This document shows, piece after piece, positions 13,505 through 28,579 of a DNA stretch of 64,000 bases. Made by a program: the position numbers and the translations under genes. The notes beneath the pieces were generated by a model. That model made no database searches. It was given only the letters and a program-made list of their open reading frames with translations, and was not told where the DNA came from. The first letter of the stretch is position 1. Each line of letters starts with the position of its first letter. The stretch lies in the NCBI RefSeq assembly GCF_009914755.1, contig NC_060934.1. One strand, 5' to 3'. The stretch is from the human T2T-CHM13v2.0 reference genome, Homo sapiens.

Positions 13505-14993
13505 AAAATATACTATAAGGCTATAGTAACCAAAACAGCATGGTACAAGTACAAAAACAGACACATAGACCAATGGAACAGAATAGAGATTTCAGAAATA
13601 AGACCACACATCTACAACCATCTGATCTTTGACAAACCAGACAAAAACAAGCAATAGGGAAAGGACTCCCTGTTTAATAAATGGTGCTGGGAGAACTGGT
13701 TAGCCATGTGCAGAAAATTGAAACTGCACCCCTTCCTTATATCTTATACAAAAATTAACTCCAGATGGATTAAAGACTTAAATGGAAAACCCAAAACTAT
13801 AAAAACTCTAGGAGAAAATCTAGGCAATACCAGTCAGGACATAGGCATGGGCCAAGATTTCATGACAAAAACATCAAAAGCAATTGCAACAAAAGCACAA
13901 ATTGACAAATGGGATCTAATTAAACTGAAGAGCTTCCACACAGCAAAAGAAACTATTGTCAGAGTGAACAGACAACTTATAGATGGGAGAAAATTTTTGC
14001 AATCTATGCATCTGACAAAGGGCTAATATCCAGAATCTACAAGGGACTTAAACAAATTTACATTAAAAAAAAACCATTAAAAATGGGCAAAGGACATGAA
14101 CAGACACTTCTCAAAAGAAGACATTTAAGTGGCCAACAAACATGAAAAAAAACTCAACATCACAAATCATTAGAGAAATGCAAATCAAGACCACAATGAG
14201 ATACCATCTCATGCCAGTCAGAATGGTGATTATCAAAAAGTCAAGAAACGATAGATGCTGGTGAGGCTATGGAGAAATAGGAAAGCTTTTACCCTGTTGG
14301 TGGGAATGTAAATTAGTTCAACCATTATGGAAGACAGTGCGGCAATCCCTCAGAGACTTAGAATCAGAAATACCATTTGACCCAGTAATCCCATGGCTGG
14401 GTATATACTCAAAGGAATATAATAAATCATTCTATTATAAAGATACATGCACACTTATGTTCACTGAAGCACTATTCACAATAGCAAAGACATGGAATCA
14501 ACCCAAATGCCCATCAATGATAGACTGGATAAATAAAATGTTATATATATATGTGTATATATATATGAGTGTGTGTGTATATATATATGTGTGTGTATAT
14601 ATATATATACCATGGAATACTATGCAGCCATCAAAAGGAAGGAGATCATGTCCTTTGCAGGAACATAGGTGGAGCTTGAAGCCATTATAGTCAGCAAACT
14701 AATGCAGGAACAGAAAACCAAGCACCACATGTTCTCATTTACAAGTGGGAGCTGAACAATGAGAACACATGGACACAAGGAGGGGAACAACACACACTAG
14801 GTCCTGTTGGGGATGGAAGATGCGGCGACAGCATCAGGATAAATAGCTAACACATGTGGGGCTTAATACCTAGGTGATGGGTTGATAGATGCAGCAAATC
14901 ACCATGGCACACATTTACCTATGTAACAAACCTGCACGTCCTGCACATGTATCCTGGAACTTAAAATAAAATTCAATTTTTTTTTCAAAAAAG
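13505..14993 (+). mobile_element. 5'-truncated L1PA (older subfamily): ORF2 C-terminus plus 3' UTR
   Basis: ORF 13706..14026 is an ORF2p remnant ([22 protein letters not shown]); TSD GAAATAAGTC(T/A)TTCT; internal TA/TG microsatellite at about 14542-14608. Confidence 0.93.
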
Positions 14994-16945
14994 GAAATAA
15001 GTCATTCTAGTAGATGTATTCTGCATAGAGTAGTCTAACAGTACTGCTGATGGAAAAATAACTATCCCTGAAAAAGTCTACAATAATCTATCCATTTGAT
15101 ATATATTTAAATTTATCCATTAAAAGAAACAAACATGGAATTCCATAATGGTTTTCAAAATAAAATATTTCACTAATCTTCTAAAATTACTAACAATTCT
15201 GTTACAGGAACACTGCCTCAAAGCATCTAAAATGGTATTCTGTTTTGCAGATCTAAATTGACCTACACTGAAAGTAAGTAGCTTTTGCTTTAAGTATAGG
15301 AATAAAACAAGAATATGTCACTTTCATGGTTAAGTATTTCCCTGCCTACAACACAGCGGTTACAAGTGATTAAAAAAAAAACAAAAAAACAAAAAACAAA
15401 GGTGTCATTATCACTTCCTGAGTGATCAGGGCTCAGATATCGCTGGAGTAAGGGGTATGTTTAAAAATCATTTTTGTCCTAAGAAATTATCTTAATATGA
15501 AGATGAGGGAGAATATCACACATTTTCATTTCTCAGATCTCTTACACACGCCAATGTGAATTTTGGAAGTGTGAGTTGGGGCAGACTTCTGAGCCTGCCT
15601 TCTAGCTATCTTTCCTAATTAGAGGAGGATCCACACCCCAAAACAACACACAGAGGTCTATAGGGCACCAAAGCCCCCATCCCGGTCCTTCAACAGGGAC
15701 TCCTGAGAGCTGCAGAGAGGAAGGAGTCATTCCAGGCCTCGATGATCACATGCTAACCAACACTTCCCACTGCTGTATTAGATTAGCATTTTTAGCAAAA
15801 GTACTGCTGACTCATCACCAACTGCTGGCCTTTTCCTTTCCACTCCTGCCTAGTCATTCCTCTCTGTGGCGTGGGCTGTGGGGGCCCTTGACGTACTGTT
15901 GTGCCCTTTTCCTCACCAAGAGTCATCCTGTTTTTAATGACATTATTCTCCTATTTGTCAATGTCTGTTTGAGTTCATTTCTGTTCTCTAGGAAAAAAAA
16001 AAAAAAAAGCTAGGCAAACAAAAAAATGTCAAAACTGTCCTCCTCCAAATGAATCCCAAATTAATAAGTAGAAAATTAAATAATTCTTGTCCTTGAAAGC
16101 TACAGATTGTAAGCATGTTGAATTACCTGAGTGATTAACAATAATGCTGTGTTTAATAATGGCAAACTCATGCAAGAAAGGAATATACACTATGGGTTAA
16201 AACGACAATAAAACCATTAAACTCAAACTTTATTATAGTACAATGAGCATCATAAACAATTGTCAAAGGCATTATTTTTCCATAAATATTTTCCCCAAAC
16301 CATTTTATTATATATCCAACTGTGTTGCTTTTTCCCACCAAATCCAAATTATTTCCTGGTAACTTTCCTAGACTTTAAAGTTCATGTGTTTTATAAAATA
16401 CAAATGGAATATGTAATCTCAAAAAGATTTTCCTGGTCTTGATGCTAAATTTTACATTCTATATCAGTTACAAAATGTTGATAAAAATAACCTAACATAA
16501 AATAAGGATAATTGTTAATATTTTGCTGCCTGCAATTATTTTCCTGCAGAAAATGAGAAATTATCTGGGCATAATTAATAAAATACATCATTAGATCCTT
16601 TTTGGAAAAGATCAGGTATATATCAGTTAAACTGATTATCGCATTGATATGGTTTGGCTCTGTGCGCTTACACAAGTCTCACCTTGAATTGTAATAATCT
16701 CCATGTGTCATGGGAGGGACCCTGTGGGAAGTAATTGAATCACAGGGGTGGGGTTTTCCCATGCTGTTCTCATGATAGTGAATAAGTCTCATGAGATCTG
16801 ATGGTTTTATAAAGGAGAGTTCCCCTGCATATGCCCTCTTGCCTGCCACCATGTAAGATATGATTTTGCCCCTAATTTGCCTTCTGCCATGATTGTGAGG
16901 CCTCCCCAGCCATATGGAACTGTGAGTCCATTAAACCTCTTTCCT

Positions 16946-19760
16946 GGGTCGCTTCCAAGATGGCTGAATAGGAACAGCTCCAGTCTGCAGCTCCCAGCAT
17001 GATTGATGCAGAAGATGGGTGATTTCTGCATTTCCAACTGAGGTAGCTGGTTCATCTTATTGGGACGGGTTGGACAGTGGGTGCGGCCCATAGGGGGCAA
17101 GCCGAAGTGGGGTGGGGCATTGCCTCACCTGGAAGCACAAGGAGTTGGGTGATTTCCCTTTCCTAGCCAAGGGAAGCTGTGACAGACTGTACCTGGAGGA
17201 ACCGTACACTTCTGTCCAAATACTGCACTTTTCCCACAGTCTTAGCAACTGGCAGACAAAGAGATTCCATCCTGTCTGTGCCTGGCTCAGCAGTCCCATG
17301 CCCATGGAGCCTTGCTCACTGCTAGCACAGCAGTCGGAAATCAACCTGTGATGCTGTAGCTGGGCAGTGGGAGGGTCGTCCACCATTGCTGAGGCTTCAG
17401 TATGTAAACAAAGTGGCTGGGAAGCTCAAACTGGGCAGAGCCCACCACAGCTCAGCAAGGCCTACCGCCTCTCTAGACTCCACCTCTGTGGGCAGGGTAT
17501 AGCTGAACAAAAGGCAGCAGTCAACTTCTGCAGACTTAAACATCCCCGTCTGATAGCTCTGAAGAGAGCAGTGGTTCTCCCAGCACAGCATTCGAGCTCT
17601 GAGAACGGACAGACTGCCTCCTCAATTGGGTCCCTGACCCCCATTTAGCCTGACTGGGAGACACTCCCAAAAGGGGCCGACAGACACCTCATACAGGTGG
17701 GTGCCCTTCTGGAATGAAGCTTCCAGAGGAAGGATCAGGCAGCAATATTTGCTGTTCTGCAGCCTCCGCTGGTGATACCCAGGTAAACGGGGTCTGGAGT
17801 GGACCTCCAGCAAACTAAACAGACCCGCAGCTGAGGGGCCTGTTAGAAGGAAAACTAGCAAACAGAAAGGAATAGCAACAACATCAACAAAAAGGACATC
17901 CACACCAAAACCCCATCTGTAGGTCACCAACATCAAAGACCAAAGGTAGATAAAACCACAAAGACGGGGAGAAACCAGAGCAGAAAAGCTGAAAATTCCA
18001 AAAACCAGAGTTCTTCTTCTCCTCCAAAGGATCGCAGCTCCTCACCAGCAATGGAACAAAACTGGACAGAGAATGAGTTTGAGGAGTTGACAGAAGTAGG
18101 TTTCAGAAGGTCGGTAATAACAAACTTCTCTGAGCTAAAGGAACATGTTCTAACTCATCGCAAGGAAGCTAAAAACCTTGAAAAAAGGTTAGATAAATGG
18201 CTAACTAGAATAAACAGTGTAGAGAAGAACTTAAATGACCTGATGGAGCTGAAAACCACAGTACGAGAACTTCGTGACGCATGCACAAGCTTCAATAGCT
18301 GATTCGATCAAGTAGAAGAAACGATATCAGTGATTGAAGATCAAATTAATGAAATAAAGTGAGAAGACAAGATTAGAGAAAAAAGAGTGAAAAGAAACGA
18401 ACACAGTCTCCAAGAAATATAGGACTATGTGAAAAGACCAAATCTATGTTTGATTGGTGTACCTGAAAGTGATGGGGAGAATGAAACCAAGTTAGAAAAC
18501 ACTCTTCAGGATATTACCCAGGAGAACTTCCCCAACCTAGCAAGGCAGGCCAACATTCAAATTCAGGAAATACAGAGAACACCACAAAGATACTCCTCGA
18601 GAAGAGCAACCCCAAGACACATAATTGTCAGATTCATCAAGGTTGAAATGAAGGAAAAAATGTTAAGGGCAGCCAGAGAGAAAGGTTGGGTTACCCACAA
18701 AGGGAAGCCCATCAGACTAACAGCAACAAAAGCCAAAATAGACAAATGGGATCTAATTAAACTAAAGAGCTTCTGCACAGCAAAAGAAACTATCATCAGA
18801 GTGAACAGACAACCTACAGAATGGGAGAAAAATTTTGCAATCTACCCATCTGACAAAGGGCTAATATCCAGAATCTACAAAGAACTTAAACAAATTTACA
18901 AGAAAAAACAACCCCATCAAAAAGTGGGCAAAAGACATGAACAGACACTTCTCAAAAGAAGACATTTATGCAGCCAACAGACACATGAAAAAAAAATGCT
19001 CATCATCACTGGTCATCAGAGAAATGCAAATCAAAACCACAATGAGATAACATCTCACTCCAGTTAGAATGGCTATCATTAAAAAGTCAGGAAACAACAG
19101 ATGCTGGAGAGGATATGGAGAAATAGGAACACTTTTACATTGTTGGTGGGAGTGTAAATTAGTTCAACTATTGTGGAAGACAGTGTGGTGATTCCTCAAG
19201 GATCTAGAACTAGAAATACCTTTGACCCAGGGATCCCATTACTGGGTATATACCCAAAGGATTATAAATCATGCTACTATAAAGACACATGCACACATAT
19301 GTTTATTGTGGCACTCTTCACAATAGCAAAGACTTGGAACCAACTCAAATGTCCATCAATGATAGACTGGATTAAGAAAATGTGGCACATATACACTCTG
19401 GAATACTATGCAGCCATAAAAAAGGATGAGTTCATGTCCTTTGCAGGGACATGGATGAGGCTGGAAACCATCATTTTTAGCAAACTATCACAAGGACAGA
19501 AAACCAAACACTGCATGTTCTCACTCATAGGTGGGAGTTGAACAATGAGAACACATGGACACAGGGCGGGGAACATCACACATTGAGGCCTGTGGAGGGG
19601 GTGTCGGGGGCTGGCGGAGGGATAGCATTAGGAGAAATAACTAATGTAAATGTCGAGTCAATGGGTGCAGCAAACCAACATGGCACATGTATACCTATGT
19701 AACAAACCTGCACATTGTGCACATGTACCCTAGAACTTAAAATATAATTAAAAAAATAAA
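16946..19760 (+). mobile_element. L1PA7-like element with complete 5' UTR and 3' end and a large internal deletion
   Basis: CAAGATGGC YY1 site at the 5' end; ORF1 remnants with ATG>ACG at 17964 and in-frame stops; jumps to the ORF2 C-terminus at about 18724; perfect 14-bp TSD TAAACCTCTTTCCT (16932-16945, 19761-19774). Confidence 0.95.
17057..17386 (-). other. L1 ORF0 homologue (open, 109 aa); translation not demonstrated
   Basis: MVDDPPTAQLQHHRLISDCCASSEQGS aligns with recalled L1HS ORF0 MAGAPPPASLPPCSLISDCCASNQRDS; true ATG in GCAATGG context. Confidence 0.75.
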
Positions 19761-20665
19761 TAAACCTCTTTCCTTTATAAATTACCCAGTTTCAGTTATG
19801 TATTTATTAGCAGCATGAGAACAGATTAATACAAGCATATTTTTTGTATATATACATAGCATGCTTAAGTTTCATGGGACCAGCAAGCTTTCAAATGATA
19901 AACGGAGGAAATGCAGACAACGTGAAATACAACTGAAATCTTCAGGCATCTGTTGTGATTAATACTAATAACACATACACTTTCTTGTGGGTCTGACCCT
20001 TCCTAGTTTCCAGCTTCCTCCCTCCTAACTGTTAAGTCACTTGCTCCCTATCCTATCCCCACTTCATCTACTGGCTCGACCTCATCAAATCGCTAGGAAG
20101 AAATCCGACCTTAGGTGGGGTTGGAACTCTGTGGAACTGCTAGGCAGCCAACTGGAGTCTGATGCCCAGCAACTGAATGTTATGCCTCTCACAATGGTTT
20201 TGGTCTTTCTGCTCTGTTCCCAAGTTCCAGTATCCACTGTGTGCTCTGGATTTGTCCCTTGTCCTGTGCCCACGTCTCTTCCTGGGAACTTGCCCAGTAC
20301 TCCTGCAGAACTAGAGGGCTTTCTTCTCCTGCCAGTCCACCTCCTAGGGACTGGAGTCCTTTTCCTCTTCCACAGATCCAGGAGACAGACATGGTGTTAA
20401 AGGACCTAGTTTGGATGTCACTTCTAGCTGTGTGTTCTTGGGAACCCAGCTAACCCCTCTGGCCTCCATGCTCTTACCTGTGAAACTTTATAAGGATCTT
20501 GCAAGGGCTTAATAAGCTAATAGATATAAAGCACTTAGGACAATAGTTGGCCCTAAGTACTCAGTGAATATTATGTTTTATTAGCAGTGGTACCAACATA
20601 CACAAGTGGGCTGATACTGGCTACCTAATACTTGGAGTTCTGAAGGCTGTGATCTTTCATCCATC

Positions 20666-20925
20666 TTTTTTTGAGACGGAGTCTCATTCTGTTACCCTGG
20701 TTGGAGTGCAGTGGCACAATCTCAGCTCACTGCAACCTTCCCAGCCTCCTGAGTAGCTGGGACTACAGGCGCCCGCCACCATACCTGGCTAATTTTTGTA
20801 TTTTCAGTAGAGCTGGCATTTCACCATGTTGCCCAGGCTGGTCTCGAACTCCGGAGCTGAAGTGATCTGCCTGTCTCGGCCTCCCAAAGTGCCGGGATTA
20901 CAGGCATGAGCCACTGCGTCCGGCC
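20666..20925 (-). mobile_element. AluS with a short internal deletion
   Basis: TSD TTTCATCCATCTTT; right arm shortened. Confidence 0.9.
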
Positions 20926-21838
20926 ATTTCATCCATCTTTCAACTACTTATGACCCCTGCTGCACTGGACTTCAACTCACATCTGTAGCAGAGTGAGTCC
21001 ATTCCCCGAGATGTCTGCTCCAGGGCCGGGTCCTGTTCCTGGTCCTGGATTCAACCCCAGCCTGTTGCAGTCAGCTAAGTTGAGCACAGCTCTGTCCCCA
21101 GAGTGATCTCTCAACACTGGATTGATACTATAATTTAATAATTCCTTCTGCATCATTCTCTTATTTTCCCTCTCAGTGTTTGCTTTTCACAAGGAAAAAC
21201 AAACTCTAATGAGAATCTCTCTAGAGGAATAAATTTGAATATGAAGAATGTATGTCAAGAAAATGCATGGATATTTATAAAATAAAAAGGCTGTAAGGAG
21301 TGATAACAAAAAATACTGAGATTAACCTTATTACATAAATGGGCTTTGGTTTCACTTTAAAAAAAAATTTCACTTCATAGAATTAACTATCTCAGAGTAA
21401 ACTTGCCTAGAGCAATGCTAGATGATCTCTTTTTAGGCCAAACTAGATATTTGTTTCATGCCAAGTTTCTTCATCCATGCCCTGCTGAAAGCCCATCATA
21501 AATACCTCTTAAAAACCAAAAGTCAAAGAGAAAACAGGACTGTCAATACTCTTTGTTTCAGTACACATAGGAATAAGACAGATGTTTCAGCGTTTCTATC
21601 CAGAGGTCACAGAGAAATTATGTTCTGGTTTTCATAAATACTTCTGATTAATTTTTAATGATTTATATGAACTGATTCAAACCACCCAGGCCTATTCCTG
21701 ATGTACTCTTTAGTTAATAACTCTCCCTTTGAAGTCTGCAAAAATGTTTTGAGGATGTTAAAAAATATTTTAGACACTAACATGGAAAAAATCTGTAGCT
21801 TCAAAGGAAATACCCAACTGTTTGCAAAAGAGTATTGA

Positions 21839-22392
<554 letters not shown>

Positions 22393-22682
22393 TAAAGTAA
22401 CAATCTATGATGCCTTTAGATTTAGTGAAATATGGTAAGTTTTAGAATTTTTGTGGTCTCTCATCTTCCCTCTTCTAGTCCTTTATTTTCTTCTATTTTC
22501 CTATTTCTTTATTTTTCCTCTCCATTTTTACTTAAAAATATGTATGTGTGTGTGCATGTGCTTACCTATAAACCTACTTTGGACCCATCTGGCACCCCCC
22601 CACAACTGAGGAACTCTTCTACTATCTTCAAAGAATTGGAGTCTTTTTTCTTCACCCAAAGCCCAAGGTGAGACTCTGCTAA

Positions 22683-23352
<670 letters not shown>

Positions 23353-24209
23353 AAGAAAGGGAGGCTTTCAATTCCAGGCACCCTTGCTACTTGGAAACAG
23401 TTCAGCAAAAGTTCACCCTGGTGTAGGGTAAAGACTACTCACTAAAACTAAAGACACTGAACCTGGCTTATCCATTCTGTTCCCATTCCTCACAAGCACA
23501 GATAACAAGAGCTGACTGATTTAAACCCTTTGTTCTGAACTGTGGGAATGAGAGAGAAAAAATGTATTTAGCGTTTCTCTTCCCTCAAGGGAGCAGTTTT
23601 GTGGCTAACCCTTAGCTCTAATGAGCTTCTTTAATACGAACGCCAGCTTCCCCAGGGGCCCACATCCCCTGTGTGGCAAATCTCTCGGCCCTACTGTGGT
23701 TACACTGTGAGTTGTATTTTAGCTCCAAAAAATCTCTTGGTGTTGCCAACATGCAGGAATTATTCATACAAAGCAGGGCACATTCAAACAACATGGGGCA
23801 GGATCTAGGGCAACTGTGGCTTGCCTAAAATAACATTCATCCTCAATTTTTAAAGCCTTGAAGTTGTAGTTTGAAGATTGTATTTTGTACAGAGGTTAGC
23901 TAACCAAATTGGTGGGAAACAATGAGATCAGAATGTTGCACCTCTGAATTACACTTTATCCTCACATTGGATTGCATATAAATTAATGAGCTTTTAAACC
24001 AGGGCAACATTTGAGAGAGAATAAAGGGAAAAAACTTGGCAAATAATGCATCCACATACAAAAAAGCTGTCTAAAAAGTCACTTGCTGGCACCTAACAAT
24101 ACTTCCCTCAAATCCTCCTGTTTTTCCACTCAAAGTCCCTTAGAATAGATATCCCAAAAGGCCTCCCACTTCCACCCTGATAGAGCTTTCTCAAAACACA
24201 CTAAATCTG

Positions 24210-24378
24210 ATTGCAGTCCTAGCTGTTTGGGAAGTTGAGGCAGGAGGATCATTTGATCCCAGGGAGGTTGAAGTTGCAGTGAGCTATGATCACACAACTG
24301 TACTGCAGCCTGGGTGATGGAGCGAGACCCTGCCTCTAAACACATGTACACACACACAAACACACACACACACACACA
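24210..24378 (+). mobile_element. Alu right arm with (CA)n tail
   Basis: GAGGCAGGAGGATC...GAGACCCTG followed by CA repeats. Confidence 0.85.
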
Positions 24379-27300
24379 ATCGGGTAGCTCAAGGGACTGC
24401 TGAATTATGCCTGTTTCTCTTTGATTCGAGTCTCTATATGCTCAGGAGTTAGTATGAAGCCTGAAGCTCAAGGTTCTTTCCGAATTTTTCTGGATTTGGC
24501 CTCCTAAAAGCAGCAAGCAAGCTTTAAGTGAATCCAGAGAACAAGCAGGTAGAGTGAAAGTTCATGTCTTGTGGAGTATCTCCATGGTGCAGGGCAGAAA
24601 GAGGAAAAGCAAAGCATAGTTTTCCATAATTTACAGAAAAACCCAGTGTTAATATTCATTTTCTTAGAAGGTACTACTTGATAGCTTATTAATTCAACAT
24701 ATAAAACATTTCAGAAAAAAAAGCAAGTAATTGTCTATTTATGGATATTGTCATTCTTCCAGCAATAATAGAAGCTGGCTTAGCCGGGTTAGGTGAATGT
24801 CAAAATAAAGCTCAAGAAAAAATAATGCTGATTCATTTGGTCAAATGTTCTTCCTTTTAGCCTAATTTATCTCAACACATCTCTAGGGAGACTGTACACT
24901 CCAGTGGTCACAGTCTTGAGCTCTGGCGTGGAACTTTGATTTAAATACTAGATCCACCACTTACATGCTGCTTGACCTTGGGCATGTTACTGAACATCTC
25001 AGGTGTCTGTTTCATTATGTGTAGTACAAATATAATAAGGCTGCCTGTTTCTTATTTTGTGTCTACTATTGAATTAATCAAGTTTGGAGTTTCCTTTATT
25101 CCTTTTCATCCTCTTTACTAGCTGAAAAATTATAAATAACATTCCTATTTTTTCAGTGGTCACCCTTAAGAGGTGCTGTTTAGAGAAATACACAAGGAAA
25201 AGGTATGAGAAATTAGAAAGAAATAGTAGTATTTAGTTTGACATGGATTACAATGGTGATAGTTTCCGCAATATAAAATATATCCTGGGCCATAGAACAA
25301 GCCTCAAAAAATTTAAAAGAATTGGAATCATACAAAATACAGTTTCTGCAACAGAATTCAACTAGAAACAATACAGGAATTATGTATGGAAAATCCCCCA
25401 AATACTTGAAAATTAAACAACACGAGACAACCAATGAGTGAAAGAGGAAATTAGAAAATAGTTTGAATTGAATGAAAATGAACACAATATATCAAAATGT
25501 ATAGAGGCAGCTAAAGAAGTACTTAAAGGAAAACTTACAGCATTATATGTTTGTATTAGAAAATAAGAAAATCTCAAATCTATGAACTCAACTTTCATTT
25601 TATGAAACTAGGAAAATAAAAGAAAATTAACCCCAAAACAAACAGAAGGAAGGAAATAACATAAAAGCATAAATCAATGAAACTGAAAACATAAACACAA
25701 AAGAGAAAATCGAGAAAGCAACAAATTGGTTCTTTGAAAGAATAAAAAAATTGAAAAACCTTTAGGCATACTGGTGAAGAAAAGGAAAGAGACAGAAGAT
25801 ACAATTTAATACTATCAGGACTGAAAGAGAGAATATCACTACAGAGATTAAAAAAAATAAGGGAATATTATAAACAACTTTATGTCCAGAAATGTAAAAA
25901 CTAGATAAAATGGACAAATGCCTTGAAAGACACAAACTATTAAAGAGTGAGAAAACTATTAGCCTGAATACTCCCATATCTACTAAATAAACTTAATTCC
26001 AATTAAAAAAATCTTCTGACAAAGAAAGCTCCATGTCAAGATGGTTTTACTGGTGAATTCTACCAAATACCAAAGACGAATTAGTACTAATTCTACACAA
26101 ACTCTTCTGAAAAAAAGATGAGGAGAAAATACTTCCCAGTTTATTTTAAAAGACCAATATAAGCCTGATACCAGAATCAGAAAAAGGCACTATAAGAAAA
26201 AAAAAAAAACAAAAAACTATGGTTTAATATCCTCCAAGCACTTAAATGCAAAATTCCTCAAAAAATTAGCAAGTTGAATCCACCAATACATGAAAAGGAT
26301 AATATGTCATTATATTACATTAATGGAAAGATAGTCCAACATTAGCAAACCAATCAATGTATTTTACCATATCAACATCTCTAGAAAAAGCACTGATGAT
26401 ATTCATTCATAATTTTTTAAGAAAATATGAAAAAACCTCTTGCAAAACTAGGAATAGAAGGAGCTTCCTTAACCTGATAAAGAACATCTTCAAAAAACCA
26501 ACAGTCAGTATTATACTGACTGAAAACAAGGCAAGGATGTTTTCTCCCACCATTCATATTCAGGAGTGTATAGGAGGTCCTAACTGGCATGATCATGCAA
26601 TAAAAAGAAATAAAAGGTCTGTAAGTATAAAGGAAGAAGCAAAATCATCTCTATTTAAGGAAGAAATTATTATCTTCATAGAAAACCCAAAAGAATCTAT
26701 GAAAAAGCTATTAGAACTCATAAGTGAGTTTCATAAGTCATAGGATTCAATATACAAAATTAATAGTATTTCTAAATACTACCCATAAATAATTGGAATT
26801 TGAAATTCAAAGAAAAACTTACTGAATATAATAGGATCAAAATCATTAAATATATAAGTATATATCTAACCAAATATGCCTAAGATCTGACACTTGAAAA
26901 CCAGAAAACACTGAAATAAGATCTAAATAAATTAGGAGATATACCGTGTTCATGGAATGGAAGACTAAATAGTGTTACAATGTCAATTCCCCCCAAATTG
27001 ATCTATAGATTCAAGGCAATCTTGATAAAATTCTAATGTGTTATTTTGTAGAAATCAGCTACATGATATTAAATTTATATGGAAAGACAAAGAACAAGAA
27101 TAGCCAAGGCAGTGTGAAAAAGAACAAAGTTGGAGGACACATACTACTTAATTTACAGAGTTATTATAAAGTTACAGTAATCAAAGCAGTGACAATGTAG
27201 ATGAACAGATCTGATAGTGTCCAGAAATAGACCAACATACATATATAAAGTAAGCTGATTTTCAGTGAAAGATCAAAAGCAACTCCATGGAAAAGGATCA

Positions 27301-27887
27301 TCTTTTTGGCAAATAATCCTGGAATAATCGAACACTTCATGCAAAAATGAAAAGAAAAGGAATCGCAATCCATACCTTATATCGTAGTAAAAAATTAACA
27401 TGACATGTCTCACAGACCTAAATTTAAATCTAAAACTATGAAACTTCTTTTTTTAAAAAAAGGAGAAAATCTTTGTGATCTTGGGTTAGGCAGATTTCTT
27501 AGGTACACCAAAAGCATGATCCACAAAAGGACACACTAGATTAACTGAACTTAAAAAATTTTTTAATAATGCTCTTTGAAAAACAAAATGAAAAAACCTC
27601 ACTGACTAAAAAATATATCAAAACACATATCTAATAAAAAATTCATGGCCAATATATTTTTTAAAACTCTCAAATACAATAATAAGAAAACAACCCAATT
27701 TTTTAAATGGGTAAGATAGTTGAACAAACACTTCATCAAAAAAGCTATATGAATAGCAAACCAGCAAATGTAACTATGTTCAAATCATCATTTATTAGGG
27801 AAATGCAAATTAAACCACAATGTGATATCATCACCTATTAGAACAGGTAAAATCAAGAAAAAAATAAGGAAAAACTGATAATACTAA

Positions 27888-28275
<388 letters not shown>

Positions 28276-28497
28276 AGGCAATTTATTATATACACTCATC
28301 ATATGACCTCCCATCTTGCCCCTAAATATTTAGTCAAGGGAAGTGAAGTCATAAGTACACACAAATACCTGCATGTGAATATTTATAGCTGCTTTACTTC
28401 TAATTGCTTCAAAATAGAAACAACCCAAATATCCTTCAGCTGATGAATGGAGTAACAAACTGCACTCTATCTATATAATCAAATTCTACTGGACACA

Positions 28498-28572
28498 AAG
28501 AAGAAGAAGAAGAAGAAGAAGAAGAAGGAGAAGAAGAAGAAGAAGAAGAACTGATACGAAGAAGAAGAAGAA
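28498..28572 (+). repeat. Interrupted (GAA)n microsatellite
   Basis: Directly visible. Confidence 0.95.
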
Positions 28573-28579
28573 CTGATAC

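Larger units (their letters stand above)
16645..19833 (+). mobile_element. THE1 (THE1C-like) MaLR solo LTR split by an L1 (LTR parts 16645-16945 and 19761-19833)
   Basis: TGATATGGTTTGGCTCTGTG start, GAACAGATTAATACA end; flanks CGCAT/AGCAT. Confidence 0.92.

Noticed and set aside
13505-19760. Active L1 elements
   Set aside because: Truncation or deletion, stops and frameshifts; no RT domain
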